Source: Nitrospirota bacterium (lineage in GTDB: Bacteria > Nitrospirota > Thermodesulfovibrionia > Thermodesulfovibrionales > JdFR-85). From it: DNA of 64,000 nt. The notes under the pieces are model-generated. The model saw only the letters and a list, made by a program, of their open reading frames with translations. It was not told the DNA's origin and did no database searches. Below are positions 8,159 to 19,471 of this stretch, piece after piece; the stretch's first letter is position 1; each line of letters starts with the position of its first letter. A program made the position numbers and the translations under genes. The stretch spans positions 10,090 to 74,089 of the forward strand of contig JAADGG010000050.1 of the NCBI GenBank assembly GCA_013152485.1, written 5' to 3'.

Positions 8159-9961
8159 ATGAGAACGACCGTCATATTCCCGGCAAGAGTTCTTCGGCTG
8201 ACCGTCCTGTTTGCAGGCATTGCATTGGCGGTCTCCGTCGCCTGCAGGCCGGCTTACGGTTCAGAGACCCTCCAGGAGGTCTTGAAGGCGATCGACGAGG
8301 GAATGAACTACAAGGCGCTGAGTCTCCTGTCGCAGTACAGGCCGTCACCGGAGGAGCTGCCGCGATTCTACTACTTGAAGGGAAAGGCCCTCATAGGGGC
8401 AAGACGGTACACCAAGGCCATAGGATACCTGAACAGGGCCTACCTGACGGCAAAGGACGACAATCTCAGGGAACTCGCACTGTTTGAACGCGGAGTGGCA
8501 TACCTGATGGGCGGGTTCAACTACGAGGCCGCATCCAACTTCAGGCTCTTCATAAAGCGCTATCCCGACTCCAAGCTCATACAGAGGGCATATCTCAACT
8601 ACGCCCAGTCATCACTGAAGACCGGAAACTACGTAGAAGCCCTTGCATTCTTCAGAAAGGTCAAGGATACACCCGAAGCGGTGTTCGGGAGGGCCGAGGT
8701 GTTCCACAGGCTCGGCCTCTACAGCGCCGCCAACGACCTGTACAACGCAGGATTGCTCAGTTACAAGGACTACATAGAAAAACATCCGGACGTCCTCTAC
8801 TATTACGCCGAGAACCTGAGGGTCAACGGAAAGGCCGAACGCGCGAAATCCTTCTACTATTTCCTTATGGACACCTATCTGCGGGAGAGGGCCTATCTGG
8901 GACTCGGACTGATAGCATACGAGATGAAGGACATGGAATCCGCGGAGATGTATCTCAAGAAGGCGGCCGAGTCGCCCGACAGGGTCATAAGGAGGCGCGC
9001 ACTCCTTACACTCGGGAAGACATCGATTGCAGAGGGCCGTAAAGACCGTGCCGTAGAGTACCTGAAGGCACTCCGAAGGGATTACCCCTACACTCCGGAG
9101 ACCGACGAGGCGCTTCTGCTCCTGGCACGCCTGATGAGGGAGAGGAAGGAGTACCTTCAGGCGGAGAAGTATCTGAGGGAGATACTCTTCGGCAGGAAGC
9201 CGAGCAAAGAGGCATTGGACGAGCTCGCACTCCTGGTGGACGAGAGCATAAGCAACGATAAGGAGGCGTTCAGGATCATCTGGGAAAACAACGGACAGTG
9301 GCTGTACGAACCCTCGAGGGAAGAGACGCTCTTCAAAGTGGCCGAGGCGCTGAGGAGTTCGGGGGGGGATTTCATACGGGTTTATACATATCTGGTGAAA
9401 AACGGTTCGAAAGGAATAAAGGCGAAGTCCCTGAGCCGGCTTGCGATCTTCTTCGGACACCTTTCAGACACCGGAAAGGTGGAGGAGCTCGTCAGGAGCC
9501 TCGAGAAGTTGAACCCCGAGGGCGACGAATACCTCAGGGCCGATGCTTGGCTGTTCTACCTGAAGGGAGCGAGGAAGCGGGCCTATTCTCTTATTTCGAG
9601 GGTCTCGCATCCAGTAGTCGACGACATAGACCTCCTGTGGAGGGTAAAGGATGGCGCAACATCCGTAAGGAGCTTCATCGGGCTCTACAAGACCATGGCG
9701 AGGGCGGCAGGGGCACGGCTCAGATACACGGACATGGGCGAACTGTTTGTGGAGAGCGGCATGAAGAAGACCGCCGTAAAATACTTCAATCTCGCGCTAA
9801 AGGTTGACCCTGACGATGTACGGGCAATGTTCCTGCTTTCGAGGATTACGGGCGATACCGCCATCCTGCAGAGGCTTTCCGGCAGGAAGGGCCTTTACGG
9901 CTCGATGGCACAGGTGATGCTGAAAGAGCAGGAGATAAGAAAACGAATCCTGGAGATGTGA
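8159..9961 (+). CDS. Secreted TPR-repeat protein
   Basis: Signal-peptide-like N-terminus (MRTTVIFPARVLRLTVLFAGIALAVSVACRPAYG) followed by repeated TPR-like helices. The start is set at ATG 8159 because ATG 8132 lies inside the sigma-54 motif. Confidence 0.75.
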   Translation: MRTTVIFPARVLRLTVLFAGIALAVSVACRPAYGSETLQEVLKAIDEGMNYKALSLLSQYRPSPEELPRFYYLKGKALIGARRYTKAIGYLNRAYLTAKDDNLRELALFERGVAYLMGGFNYEAASNFRLFIKRYPDSKLIQRAYLNYAQSSLKTGNYVEALAFFRKVKDTPEAVFGRAEVFHRLGLYSAANDLYNAGLLSYKDYIEKHPDVLYYYAENLRVNGKAERAKSFYYFLMDTYLRERAYLGLGLIAYEMKDMESAEMYLKKAAESPDRVIRRRALLTLGKTSIAEGRKDRAVEYLKALRRDYPYTPETDEALLLLARLMRERKEYLQAEKYLREILFGRKPSKEALDELALLVDESISNDKEAFRIIWENNGQWLYEPSREETLFKVAEALRSSGGDFIRVYTYLVKNGSKGIKAKSLSRLAIFFGHLSDTGKVEELVRSLEKLNPEGDEYLRADAWLFYLKGARKRAYSLISRVSHPVVDDIDLLWRVKDGATSVRSFIGLYKTMARAAGARLRYTDMGELFVESGMKKTAVKYFNLALKVDPDDVRAMFLLSRITGDTAILQRLSGRKGLYGSMAQVMLKEQEIRKRILEM

Positions 9962-9965
9962 GACC

Positions 9966-11261
9966 ATGGAAGAACTGAAAAAGCTCAATGAGGCATTCGC
10001 GACCTTCAACCTCGCATCGGAAACGCTGCGGGAGTACTACCAGAATCTACAGCGGCAGGTCACCCGCCTCTCTGAGGAACTGCAAAGGAAAAACACGGAA
10101 CTGCAGCGGACGCTCAGCTTTCTCAATTCCGTGCTTCAGGGGATAAAGGAAGCAATAATCGTACTGGACGGTGAAGGGAAGATACTGATGATGAACAGGG
10201 CCGCCGAAGAACTACTCGAGGTGGACATCAACGGGGCGAGAGGCAACAGGCCCGAGGACTACGGCTACGACTTCAGCATGATCGGTCGCGACAATCAGGA
10301 GATCGACATCATAACCGCAGAGGGGAGAAAGAACCTGCTCGCAAGTCTCTCCGACGTGCTCAACGGCGGCGACGGCCTGATCGGTCACGTCATCCTGCTG
10401 AGGGACATAACCGCGCAGAAGGCGGCAGAGGCGGAGAAGGAGAGGAACAAGCGGCTGATCGCAATGGGTGAAATGATGGCCAGCATCGTTCACGAATTGC
10501 GGAACCCGCTGTGCAGCATAGAGCTGTATGCGTCCATGCTGTACAAGGAACTGGAGGGAACCCCGCATGAATCCCTTGCAATGGGGGTATCCACAGGCGT
10601 GAGGAACCTGAACAACTCCCTCTCCAACATGCTCTACTTTGCCAAGCCCAGGATACCTAAGAACACCCCCTGTGAAATCAAGAGGCTGGCCGACGAAGCA
10701 CTCGCCCTGATAAAGCCCGTGATCGAATCCCGCGGCATCACCGTTGAGAAAAGAGTTCCCTCCGTCATCATAAACGGGGATCCGGGACTTCTGAAACAGG
10801 TGATCCTGAACCTGTTGCTCAATGCAGTCCAGGCGATGGAGAGAGGCGGGGTGCTCGGTATCTACTCCGAAACGGACAGCCGGGAGTTTCAACTTCACGT
10901 CTCGGACACGGGATACGGCATAGCGGCCGAACATGCAGAGCGGATTTTCGATCCGTTCTTCACAACCAGGGACGAAGGCACCGGGCTCGGTCTCTCGATA
11001 TCCCTGAAGATAATGCAAGCCCATGGCGGTACCATAAGGGCAAAGAGCCTGCCGGGTTCAGGCAGTGTATTCACTCTCTGTTTTCCTGAAGAGTTCCTCC
11101 TCTCGAATGGTTCCGGAGACAGGTCGGACCGATCGGCCGGCCTGCCTCTGGAGCGCTTTTTGCCGGAAGATCACCGTGTTCAGCCGGGGGAGACGCCGTG
11201 TAACGGAAAGACGGCGCCCTGTCTGGAGAGGTCGAGAACTCGAACACAAGAGTCCTTTTAA
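9966..11261 (+). CDS. Sensor histidine kinase (coiled-coil/PAS + HisKA + HATPase_c), FlrB/FleS-like by context
   Basis: 431 aa with an H-box (MASIVHELRNPL), N-box (LLLNAVQA) and G-boxes (DTGYGI, GTGLGLS). No obvious transmembrane segment. Confidence 0.9.
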   Translation: MEELKKLNEAFATFNLASETLREYYQNLQRQVTRLSEELQRKNTELQRTLSFLNSVLQGIKEAIIVLDGEGKILMMNRAAEELLEVDINGARGNRPEDYGYDFSMIGRDNQEIDIITAEGRKNLLASLSDVLNGGDGLIGHVILLRDITAQKAAEAEKERNKRLIAMGEMMASIVHELRNPLCSIELYASMLYKELEGTPHESLAMGVSTGVRNLNNSLSNMLYFAKPRIPKNTPCEIKRLADEALALIKPVIESRGITVEKRVPSVIINGDPGLLKQVILNLLLNAVQAMERGGVLGIYSETDSREFQLHVSDTGYGIAAEHAERIFDPFFTTRDEGTGLGLSISLKIMQAHGGTIRAKSLPGSGSVFTLCFPEEFLLSNGSGDRSDRSAGLPLERFLPEDHRVQPGETPCNGKTAPCLERSRTRTQESF

Positions 11262-11273
11262 CGGAGGCGTACT

Positions 11274-12554
<1,281 letters not shown>

Positions 12555-12642
12555 ACCAGGAAGTGGGAAAAAATTTCCCCGTCGGGCAAAAACCGCTCCA
12601 TTCACGGCGGGGACTGATCAGGCACCCCTTGCAGGATTGCCC

Positions 12643-12658
12643 TGGCATGAAACTTGTT
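12643..12658 (+). promoter_or_regulatory. Candidate sigma-54 promoter of the flgB operon
   Basis: TGGCATGAAACTTGTT has GG and the -12 element at correct spacing, but -12 reads TTGT rather than TTGC. It lies 39 nt before flgB, whose SD is GGAGGTG. Confidence 0.45.
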
Positions 12659-12696
12659 ACGTCTTCTCATGAAGTAAAAACAACCGGAGGTGCGTA

Positions 12697-13065
12697 ATGG
12701 ATTCAACGCTGAAGAGACTCGAAGAGATCATAAAGTTCACCATGCAGAGACACGGTGTCCTTCTGAGCAACCTTGCAAACAGCGACACCCCTCGGTACAG
12801 GGCAAGGGACTTGAAGTTCGAGTCCGTATTTGATGAAGAGCGGCTGAGGCTCGAGAAGACCGCTCCGACCCACCTGAGGGCGATCGAGGTCAGCGGAGAT
12901 ACGGAGCTGACCGTGGACACGGGGGCGCCGTGGCTCGATGGAAACAACGTGGAGGAGGACGTCGAGATGGCCAAGATCACCGAAAACGCCCTCCTCTACA
13001 AAACGGCCTTGCGGCTGATAAACGACAGGTTCAAGATGTACAAGAGCCTGATAAGCGGGAGGTAG
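12697..13065 (+). CDS. flgB: Flagellar basal-body rod protein FlgB
   Basis: 122 aa with the N-terminal rod motif (SNLANSDTPRYRARD) and position ahead of flgC. Confidence 0.9.
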   Translation: MDSTLKRLEEIIKFTMQRHGVLLSNLANSDTPRYRARDLKFESVFDEERLRLEKTAPTHLRAIEVSGDTELTVDTGAPWLDGNNVEEDVEMAKITENALLYKTALRLINDRFKMYKSLISGR

Positions 13066-13068
13066 GAG

Positions 13069-13476
13069 ATGAACATATTCCGTGCCTTTGATGTCAGCGC
13101 ATCAGCACTCGTTGCACAGAAGAAGAGAATGAACACGATCGCATCAAACATGGCCAACGTGAACACCACGAGGACCCCCGAGGGCGGCCCGTACAGGAGA
13201 AGGGACGTGGTATTCAGCTCATACATGCTCGATGAACGCGGAAGGCTCGAAGGGGTCGGTATATCCGAGATCGTGAAATCGGACAGGCCGCCGAAGGCGG
13301 TCTACGACCCGAGTCATCCCGACGCGGACGAGAACGGTTACGTGCTCATGCCGGACATAAACATGATCGAGGAGATGGTCAACATGATGATGGCTACGCG
13401 GGTGTACGAGGCAAACGTGAACGCCTTCAACATAACGAAGTCGATGTACCTGAAGGCCCTCGAACTGGGCAGGTAG
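13069..13476 (+). CDS. flgC: Flagellar basal-body rod protein FlgC
   Basis: 135 aa. Motifs SNMANVNTTRTPEGGPYRR and YVLMPDINMIEEMVNMMMATRVYEANV are characteristic of FlgC. Confidence 0.95.
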   Translation: MNIFRAFDVSASALVAQKKRMNTIASNMANVNTTRTPEGGPYRRRDVVFSSYMLDERGRLEGVGISEIVKSDRPPKAVYDPSHPDADENGYVLMPDINMIEEMVNMMMATRVYEANVNAFNITKSMYLKALELGR

Positions 13477-13508
13477 CCGGCAGATGAATAGATATGGAGG
13501 TATAGACG

Positions 13509-13820
13509 ATGGCGATTGATCCTGTCAACGGAAGACCAGCAGGTGCAGAAGGAATAGGCGGCTTATCGGGCAATATCAAGCCGGAAGGCCGGGACAAGGC
13601 TGACGGAAGCTTCGAGACCCTTCTCGACGAAACCATCGGCAAGGTGGCCTCCCTGCAGAAGGAGACGGAGAAGGCGATTGCGGAGATCACCAGCGGAGGA
13701 GGAGACATCGTGGAGGCCATGGTCGCAATGCAGAAGGCCGACCTCTCCTTTCAGGTGATGATAGAGGTCAGGAACAAGCTCGTCTCGGCCTACGAGGAGA
13801 TAATGAGGATGCAGGTCTGA
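13509..13820 (+). CDS. fliE: Flagellar hook-basal body complex protein FliE
   Basis: 103 aa with a C-terminal motif (AMQKADLSFQVMIEVRNKLVSAYEEIMRMQV) typical of FliE. Confidence 0.9.
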   Translation: MAIDPVNGRPAGAEGIGGLSGNIKPEGRDKADGSFETLLDETIGKVASLQKETEKAIAEITSGGGDIVEAMVAMQKADLSFQVMIEVRNKLVSAYEEIMRMQV

Positions 13821-13824
13821 GGCC

Positions 13825-15342
13825 ATGGCCAATATCCTGGAGACCATAAACAAGTGGGATACAAAAAGGAAGGTCATACTGTCGGCCCTCCTCGTGCTGT
13901 CCATAGCCTCGATAGTGCTCCTCGTCGCCTGGGCGCAGATGCCCGACTACCAGGTGCTCTATTCAAACCTCCAGACCGAGGATGCCGGACTCATCATGCA
14001 GAAACTGAAGGATATGAAGGTCCCCTACAAGACGACCTCAACCGGTATCCTTGTTCCTTCAGACAGGGTCTACGAGCTCAGGCTCGAACTTGCCGCCATC
14101 GGCCTGCCCCGCGGCGGTGGAATGGGCTATGAGATATTCGACAAGACAGGACTCGGCACGACCGAATTCGTTCAGAAGGTGAACCTCAAGAGGGCACTGC
14201 AGGGAGAACTCTCGAGAACGATAAGGTCTCTGCAGGAGGTCGCCGACTGCAGGGTCCACCTCTCCATACCGGAGAGATCGATATTTTCCAGCACCGACGA
14301 AAAGCCGAAGGCGTCCGTGCTACTGAAACTCAGGCCCGGCGTAACCCTGAGCAGATCGCAGATTCAGGGGATAGTGCACCTCGTTGCAGGAAGCGTCGAA
14401 TCTCTTGCACCGGAAAACGTAACCGTCGTAGACAGCAAGGGCAACGTCCTCACCACCAGGGAGGACGAATCCGTAATGCTCAGCAATACCCAGCGTGATT
14501 ACCAGCGGGGGATCGAGAGGGACATAGAGAAGAGGGTCGTCAGCATCATAGAACCAGTCGTCGGCAAGAACAAGGTCAAGGCGAAGGCGAACGTGAGCAT
14601 CGACTTCACCAGGATAGAGGAAACCCTGGAGACCTATGATCCGGACGGACAGGTTGTCAGGAGCCAGCAAAAGTCGGTCGAGCAGAAGAGCACGGGACTG
14701 GCTGCAGGAGTACCGGGCGTGCAGTCCAACCTGCCGAACAGGGGGCCTGCCAGTGCGCCTGCAAGCCAGGCCGGTTCAAGGAAACAGACGGAAACCGTGA
14801 ACTACGAGATCAGCAGGACCGTAAGCCGTATAGTAAAACCCACCGGGACGATTAAGCGCCTGACCATAGCGGTCCTGGTCGACGGGACGTACATCGAGGA
14901 TGAGAAGACGGGCGAGAGGCGATACGTGCCCAGGACCGAGGAAGACCTCAGGAGCTATGAAGAGATAATCAAGAAGGCCGTTGGATATTCAGAGGAGAGG
15001 GGCGACGAGGTGAAAGTGATCAACATGGCATTTCAGCCCCCTGCAGAGGCCGTGGAGATGCCCGAGAGCATGGACTATACACAGTATGTCATCCCCGCGG
15101 CAAAATACGGGACCATCCTCATCATCTCCGTCCTCGTATTCCTCTTCCTCGTCAGGCCCCTCATCGCATACCTCAAACAACAACCCTCTCCTGCCGCATC
15201 ACCGGTGCGTCAGGCTCCGGCACCGGAGCTGGAGGGTAGAGAAGCCCCCCAGAAGATAGCATATGATGAAGTAATCGAGTGGGCGAGGAACAATCCCAAG
15301 CAGGCTGCCACGCTTATCAAGAAATGGACGGAGGGCAAGTAG
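13825..15342 (+). CDS. fliF: Flagellar MS-ring protein FliF
   Basis: 505 aa with an N-terminal TM, the motif LKDMKVPYK...IGLP...GYEIFD...FVQKVN..RALQGELSRTI, and a second TM near the C-terminus. Confidence 0.95.
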   Translation: MANILETINKWDTKRKVILSALLVLSIASIVLLVAWAQMPDYQVLYSNLQTEDAGLIMQKLKDMKVPYKTTSTGILVPSDRVYELRLELAAIGLPRGGGMGYEIFDKTGLGTTEFVQKVNLKRALQGELSRTIRSLQEVADCRVHLSIPERSIFSSTDEKPKASVLLKLRPGVTLSRSQIQGIVHLVAGSVESLAPENVTVVDSKGNVLTTREDESVMLSNTQRDYQRGIERDIEKRVVSIIEPVVGKNKVKAKANVSIDFTRIEETLETYDPDGQVVRSQQKSVEQKSTGLAAGVPGVQSNLPNRGPASAPASQAGSRKQTETVNYEISRTVSRIVKPTGTIKRLTIAVLVDGTYIEDEKTGERRYVPRTEEDLRSYEEIIKKAVGYSEERGDEVKVINMAFQPPAEAVEMPESMDYTQYVIPAAKYGTILIISVLVFLFLVRPLIAYLKQQPSPAASPVRQAPAPELEGREAPQKIAYDEVIEWARNNPKQAATLIKKWTEGK

Positions 15343-16329
15343 ATGCCGTCCCTGAAAGGCCATGAAAAGGCGGCGATCATGCTCAGCTATGTAGGCGAGG
15401 AGACAGCCGCCGAGATACTCAAGGCACTCGACAAGGAGACCATAGGAAAGGTAACGGCGGCACTTGCAGAGCTGAAGACACTGAAGAAAGAGGAACTGCA
15501 GGCCGTGCTCAACGAGATAAAGAAGAGCATGAACGAAGGCGTGGTTTCGGTCGGCGGTGAAGACTATGCGAAAAAGATCCTCTCCATGGGCCTTGGGGAA
15601 GAAGACGCGGAAGAGCTCCTCGAGTCCACCAAGCACTACAACCCTCTCGAGAAGCTAAACTCGCTCGACACGCGCCTCATCGTCAACTTCCTCTCCGGTG
15701 AACATCCCCAGACCGCGGCATTCGTGCTCTCCCTTCTTGAGCCCAAGAAGTCGGCTGAGGTGCTTTCCGAGTTGCCGGACGACCTGAAGGCCGATGTTGC
15801 TCTGAGAATAGCGAACATGGAGAAGATCCCGGAGGAGGCGCTGAAGGAGATAGAGGAGGTCCTGAAGACACAGTTCACCATCAGTGAGTCCAAGGGCAGG
15901 CGGGTCGACGGTCTGAAGACCGTGGCCGACATCCTCAACAACGCCGCAAAGGAGACGGAACAGACAATCCTCGAGTTGATAGAGGAACAGGAACCTGGAA
16001 GGGCTGAAGCCATCCGGTCGCTCATGTTCGTATTCGACGATCTCGCCGCGATCGACGACAAGGGAATCCAGGCGATCCTGAAAGAGATCAGCACCAACGA
16101 CCTTGCACTGGCACTCAAGACGGCCTCCGAAGAGCTCAAGGAGAAGATATTCAGGAACATGTCGAAGCGCGCCGTACAGATACTGAAAGAAGAGATCGAG
16201 TCAATGGGCCCGGTGAGGGTCTCGGATGTGGAGAAAGCCCAGCAGAACATAGTCAATGTAGCACGAAAACTGGAAGAGGAAGGCAAGATCATCATTGCAG
16301 GCAAGGGAGAGGAGGACCTCATTGTCTAA
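15343..16329 (+). CDS. fliG: Flagellar motor switch protein FliG
   Basis: 328 aa. Motifs: GHEKAAIML, EHPQTAAFVLS, MFVFDDL, AQQNIVNVARKLEEEGKI. Confidence 0.95.
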   Translation: MPSLKGHEKAAIMLSYVGEETAAEILKALDKETIGKVTAALAELKTLKKEELQAVLNEIKKSMNEGVVSVGGEDYAKKILSMGLGEEDAEELLESTKHYNPLEKLNSLDTRLIVNFLSGEHPQTAAFVLSLLEPKKSAEVLSELPDDLKADVALRIANMEKIPEEALKEIEEVLKTQFTISESKGRRVDGLKTVADILNNAAKETEQTILELIEEQEPGRAEAIRSLMFVFDDLAAIDDKGIQAILKEISTNDLALALKTASEELKEKIFRNMSKRAVQILKEEIESMGPVRVSDVEKAQQNIVNVARKLEEEGKIIIAGKGEEDLIV

Positions 16330-16933
16330 GGCCAAGATACTCCGGGATGAGAGCATAGCCGGATTCGGCATGCCGTCTCTCGAACATGCCGATGACGCTC
16401 CGGAGAAGAACTTCAAGCAGGATACGGCCGCCATCGAAAGGGCTGCATACGAAAAGGGATTCAGCGCAGGAGAGCAGGCCGGTTACGCGGTCGGGGAAAA
16501 GAAGGCGTTGATGCTCGTCGAAAAGCTCGAGGCGATACTCACGGAGCTTACAGGGCTGAGGAGAAAGATCCTGGAAGAGCTCCAGCCCCAGGTATTCGAC
16601 CTGTCCGTGGGAATCGCGAAGAAGATACTCAGGGACGAGATCAGCCAGAACCCTGACGTCATCATAGGCCTGATAAAGACCGCCATGGAGAAGATAGAAC
16701 GTAGAGGGACGATAACGATAAGGATAAATCCGGCGCTGAAGGAGCTCATCTCGAAACACAAACCGGAACTGCTTGCCATACATCCCGATATAAGGTTCGA
16801 CACGGACCCGACCATACCACAGGCCGGCCCTCTGGTCATAGGCCCCGAAGAAGAGGTAATCACTGACATCGAGTCGCAGATGACAAACCTGATTGAAGAC
16901 CTGGGAGAAGCCATTGGCAACGGTAACGATTGA
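16295..16933 (+). CDS. fliH: Flagellar assembly protein FliH
   Basis: 212 aa with the FliH/YscL-like pattern (AYEKGFSAGEQAGY..., coiled coil, IRINP) and position between fliG and fliI. The true start is uncertain; an alternative TTG lies near 16322. Confidence 0.75.
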   Translation: MQARERRTSLSKAKILRDESIAGFGMPSLEHADDAPEKNFKQDTAAIERAAYEKGFSAGEQAGYAVGEKKALMLVEKLEAILTELTGLRRKILEELQPQVFDLSVGIAKKILRDEISQNPDVIIGLIKTAMEKIERRGTITIRINPALKELISKHKPELLAIHPDIRFDTDPTIPQAGPLVIGPEEEVITDIESQMTNLIEDLGEAIGNGND

Positions 16934-18236
16934 CAGATACCTGAAGAGTCTCGACGATATCGACCCGATGCGGGTCTACGGCAGGGTGGTCGAGATAACG
17001 GGCGTCATATTGAAGGCAACCGGGATGAAAGCGAGTATAGGAGAGGCCTGCAAGGTCTACACCGACGACGGCATGGGGATTGATGCGGAAGTGGTAGGGT
17101 TCAAAGACGACAAGGCACTGCTCATGGCCGTCGGTGATATTCAGGGAATAAAGTCGGGCAGCAGGGTGCTGCCGGTGGGCAGGCGTTTGTCGGTAAGCGT
17201 ATCGCCCGGTCTCGTCGGCAGGGTGATCGACGCACTCGGCAACCCCATAGACGGAAAAGGGACCATAGACGGACACCCGTATCCGCTGTCCGGGGAACAG
17301 ATGAATCCCCTGAAAAGACAGCGCATATCACAACCCATTGACCTCGGCATAAGGGCCATAAACGGATTGCTCACCTGCGGAAAGGGACAGAGGGTCGGGA
17401 TCATGGCCGGAACAGGTGTCGGCAAGAGTGTTCTGCTTGGAATGATCGCCAGATATACGGAAGCCACGGTCAATGTGATAGGGCTCATCGGTGAGAGGAG
17501 CAGGGAGGTCAGGGAGTTCATAGAACGGGACCTGGGAGAGGACGGCCTGCGCAAGTCGGTCGTCGTAGTATGCACTGCACAGGAGCCTCCCCTGGCGAAG
17601 GTGAGGGCCGCCTTCACCACCACGGCCATTGCAGAATACTTCAGAGACAGGGGCATGGACGTGCTCCTGATGATGGACTCTCTCACGAGGGTCTCGATGG
17701 CTCAGAGGGAAGTGGGACTCGCCATCGGCGAACCGCCGACCACGAAAGGCTATACACCTTCGGTCTTTACCCTTATGCCCAGGCTGCTTGAAAGGGCGGG
17801 CACCTCTTCAGACAACGGCAGCATAACCGGACTCTACACAGTGCTCGTCGAAGGTGACGACCTTGCCGACCCGGTTGCAGACGCTGCAATGTCCGTGCTC
17901 GACGGACATATAGTCCTCTCCAGGGATCTCGCCATGGAAGGCATATATCCTGCAATCGACGTCCTCAGAAGCGTCAGCAGGGTCATGCTCGACATCGTTG
18001 ACGAAAGACACAGGGAACTCGCAATGATGTTCATCGAAAACCTCTCCACGTACAAGAAGTATGAAGACCTGATAAGCATAGGAGCGTACAAGGAAGGGAC
18101 AAACCCGAAGGTTGACAGGGCCATGAAGATGATAGACAGGCTCCGAAACTACCTGAAACAGGGCATCCATGACAGACGCGACATGGGGGACAGCCTTCAG
18201 GGCCTATACATGCTTTTCGAGGCGGAAGACCTATGA
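16893..18236 (+). CDS. fliI: Flagellum-specific ATPase FliI
   Basis: 447 aa with Walker A (GTGVGKS), Walker B (LLMMDSLTR) and an F1-beta-like fold pattern. Confidence 0.95.
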   Translation: MKTWEKPLATVTIDRYLKSLDDIDPMRVYGRVVEITGVILKATGMKASIGEACKVYTDDGMGIDAEVVGFKDDKALLMAVGDIQGIKSGSRVLPVGRRLSVSVSPGLVGRVIDALGNPIDGKGTIDGHPYPLSGEQMNPLKRQRISQPIDLGIRAINGLLTCGKGQRVGIMAGTGVGKSVLLGMIARYTEATVNVIGLIGERSREVREFIERDLGEDGLRKSVVVVCTAQEPPLAKVRAAFTTTAIAEYFRDRGMDVLLMMDSLTRVSMAQREVGLAIGEPPTTKGYTPSVFTLMPRLLERAGTSSDNGSITGLYTVLVEGDDLADPVADAAMSVLDGHIVLSRDLAMEGIYPAIDVLRSVSRVMLDIVDERHRELAMMFIENLSTYKKYEDLISIGAYKEGTNPKVDRAMKMIDRLRNYLKQGIHDRRDMGDSLQGLYMLFEAEDL

Positions 18237-18667
18237 GATCGGACTCTCTTGACAACCTGCTGAAACTGAAGCAGTGGCAGAAGGAGGAGCTCGAGATGGA
18301 GATCAGTCGGCTCCAGTGCATCATAGACGAGGAAGAGAGTCGCCTCAAAGCCATGGAGACGGAACTCTCGAGCTGTTTTGAGGCATTCAGGGAGCAGCAG
18401 GCAAAAGAGGTCCTCGATTCCGGAGATCTCAAGACCTTCCACTCTTATTTCTCCCGGATGAACACAAGAATGGGACAGCAGAGAGAGGCGATCATGCAAA
18501 AGATCGCAGAGCTCGAAAAGACGCAGAAGCTGCTGATAGAGGCGTACAAGGAGAAGATGCTCGTCGAAAACCTGAAGGGAAAGCTCTGTGTCCGGGAGGC
18601 AAAGGAGAACAACCGCAGGGAACAGAAAGAACTCGATTTCATATTCACTACGAGGACAAAAAGATGA
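18233..18667 (+). CDS. fliJ: Flagellar export chaperone FliJ
   Basis: 144 aa, entirely coiled-coil, with a 4-nt start/stop overlap with fliI. Position and composition are typical of FliJ. Confidence 0.8.
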   Translation: MRSDSLDNLLKLKQWQKEELEMEISRLQCIIDEEESRLKAMETELSSCFEAFREQQAKEVLDSGDLKTFHSYFSRMNTRMGQQREAIMQKIAELEKTQKLLIEAYKEKMLVENLKGKLCVREAKENNRREQKELDFIFTTRTKR

Positions 18668-19338
18668 ACAGACCCCTTGACGGCACCCGCTCGGAACGCG
18701 TCTTGTCCGCAGTCATGCCCTTTTCATCCCGTGGCCGAAAAGTCCGGGCACGTGAAGACATTGTCGCCCGGGAAAGTGCCCCTGCTTCATCAGCGGAAGA
18801 GGCCGGAAAGAGACACGAGAGACCGTTCCGCCGGCAGCCGACCGTCTCCGCGTGGATTCTCGCGTTACCGCTGCTGGTGATCCTGGCCGTCGCGGCACCT
18901 TCATACGTCTTCTCACAGGACGACATGCTCCAGTATCTTCAGAGCAAGGGGGCGGAACTCGACAAGAAAGAGCAGATGCTCGAGGAGAGGGAGAAAGAGC
19001 TCCAGGACCTGGAAGAAGACATAACGGCAAGGATAAAGGAGTACGAGGCCATCCTCGGGAGGGTTGAAGACATACTCGCAAAGATCGAGAAGAACAAGGA
19101 AGAAAAGATCCAGCACGTGGTCAAGACATACGAAAAGATGCAACCAGAGGAAGCGGCCGTCAGGATTGAAAAGCTGGACCAGAGGACGGCCGTGAAAGTC
19201 CTCGCCTTCATGAAGCCGAGAAAGGCTGCAAACATACTGTCAATGATGTCTCCCAGAAAGGCGGCAAGACTGACCGAGAAGATCACGGAGATACCGGGAC
19301 TCGAAAAGCTGATCGCCAGGATGAAAAAGAAGCGGTAG
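18664..19338 (+). CDS. Flagellar-operon protein with an MgtE_N-type domain (YlxF/FlbB/MotE-like)
   Basis: 224 aa: one TM (WILALPLLVILAVAAP), a coiled coil, then KTYEKMQPEEAAVRIEKLDQRTAVKVLAFMKPRKAANILSMMSPRKAARL. It occupies the same slot (fliJ-X-fliK) as ylxF in the Bacillus fla/che operon. Confidence 0.6.
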   Translation: MNRPLDGTRSERVLSAVMPFSSRGRKVRAREDIVARESAPASSAEEAGKRHERPFRRQPTVSAWILALPLLVILAVAAPSYVFSQDDMLQYLQSKGAELDKKEQMLEEREKELQDLEEDITARIKEYEAILGRVEDILAKIEKNKEEKIQHVVKTYEKMQPEEAAVRIEKLDQRTAVKVLAFMKPRKAANILSMMSPRKAARLTEKITEIPGLEKLIARMKKKR

Positions 19339-19451
19339 GGTTCCCGCCGACTGGAAAAAATTCCCCCTGCAGCGGAAAAATATTCTCACCCCTCACATGC
19401 CGCAAAACAAGTAACGGCCGAAAACACGCGGTCTGAAGGCATTCACGGCCC

Positions 19452-19467
19452 TGGCATACCACTTGCA
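19452..19467 (+). promoter_or_regulatory. Candidate sigma-54 promoter ahead of fliK-flgD-flgE
   Basis: TGGCATACCACTTGCA is a full match to TGGCAY-N5-TTGCW. It lies in the 124-nt gap before fliK. Confidence 0.5.
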
Positions 19468-19471
19468 GCAC

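Noticed and set aside
12558-12580. GGGAAA-AAA-TTTCCC hairpin right after the second EBP gene, as a terminator
   Set aside because: The stem is short (6 bp), AT-rich in half, and has no U-tract. It could equally be an activator binding site. The evidence is insufficient either way.
12619-12634. Second sigma-54-like motif, AGGCACCCCTTGCAGG, upstream of flgB
   Set aside because: The GG and GC elements are two nucleotides too close for a -24/-12 promoter. The neighbouring motif at 12643-12658 has correct spacing.
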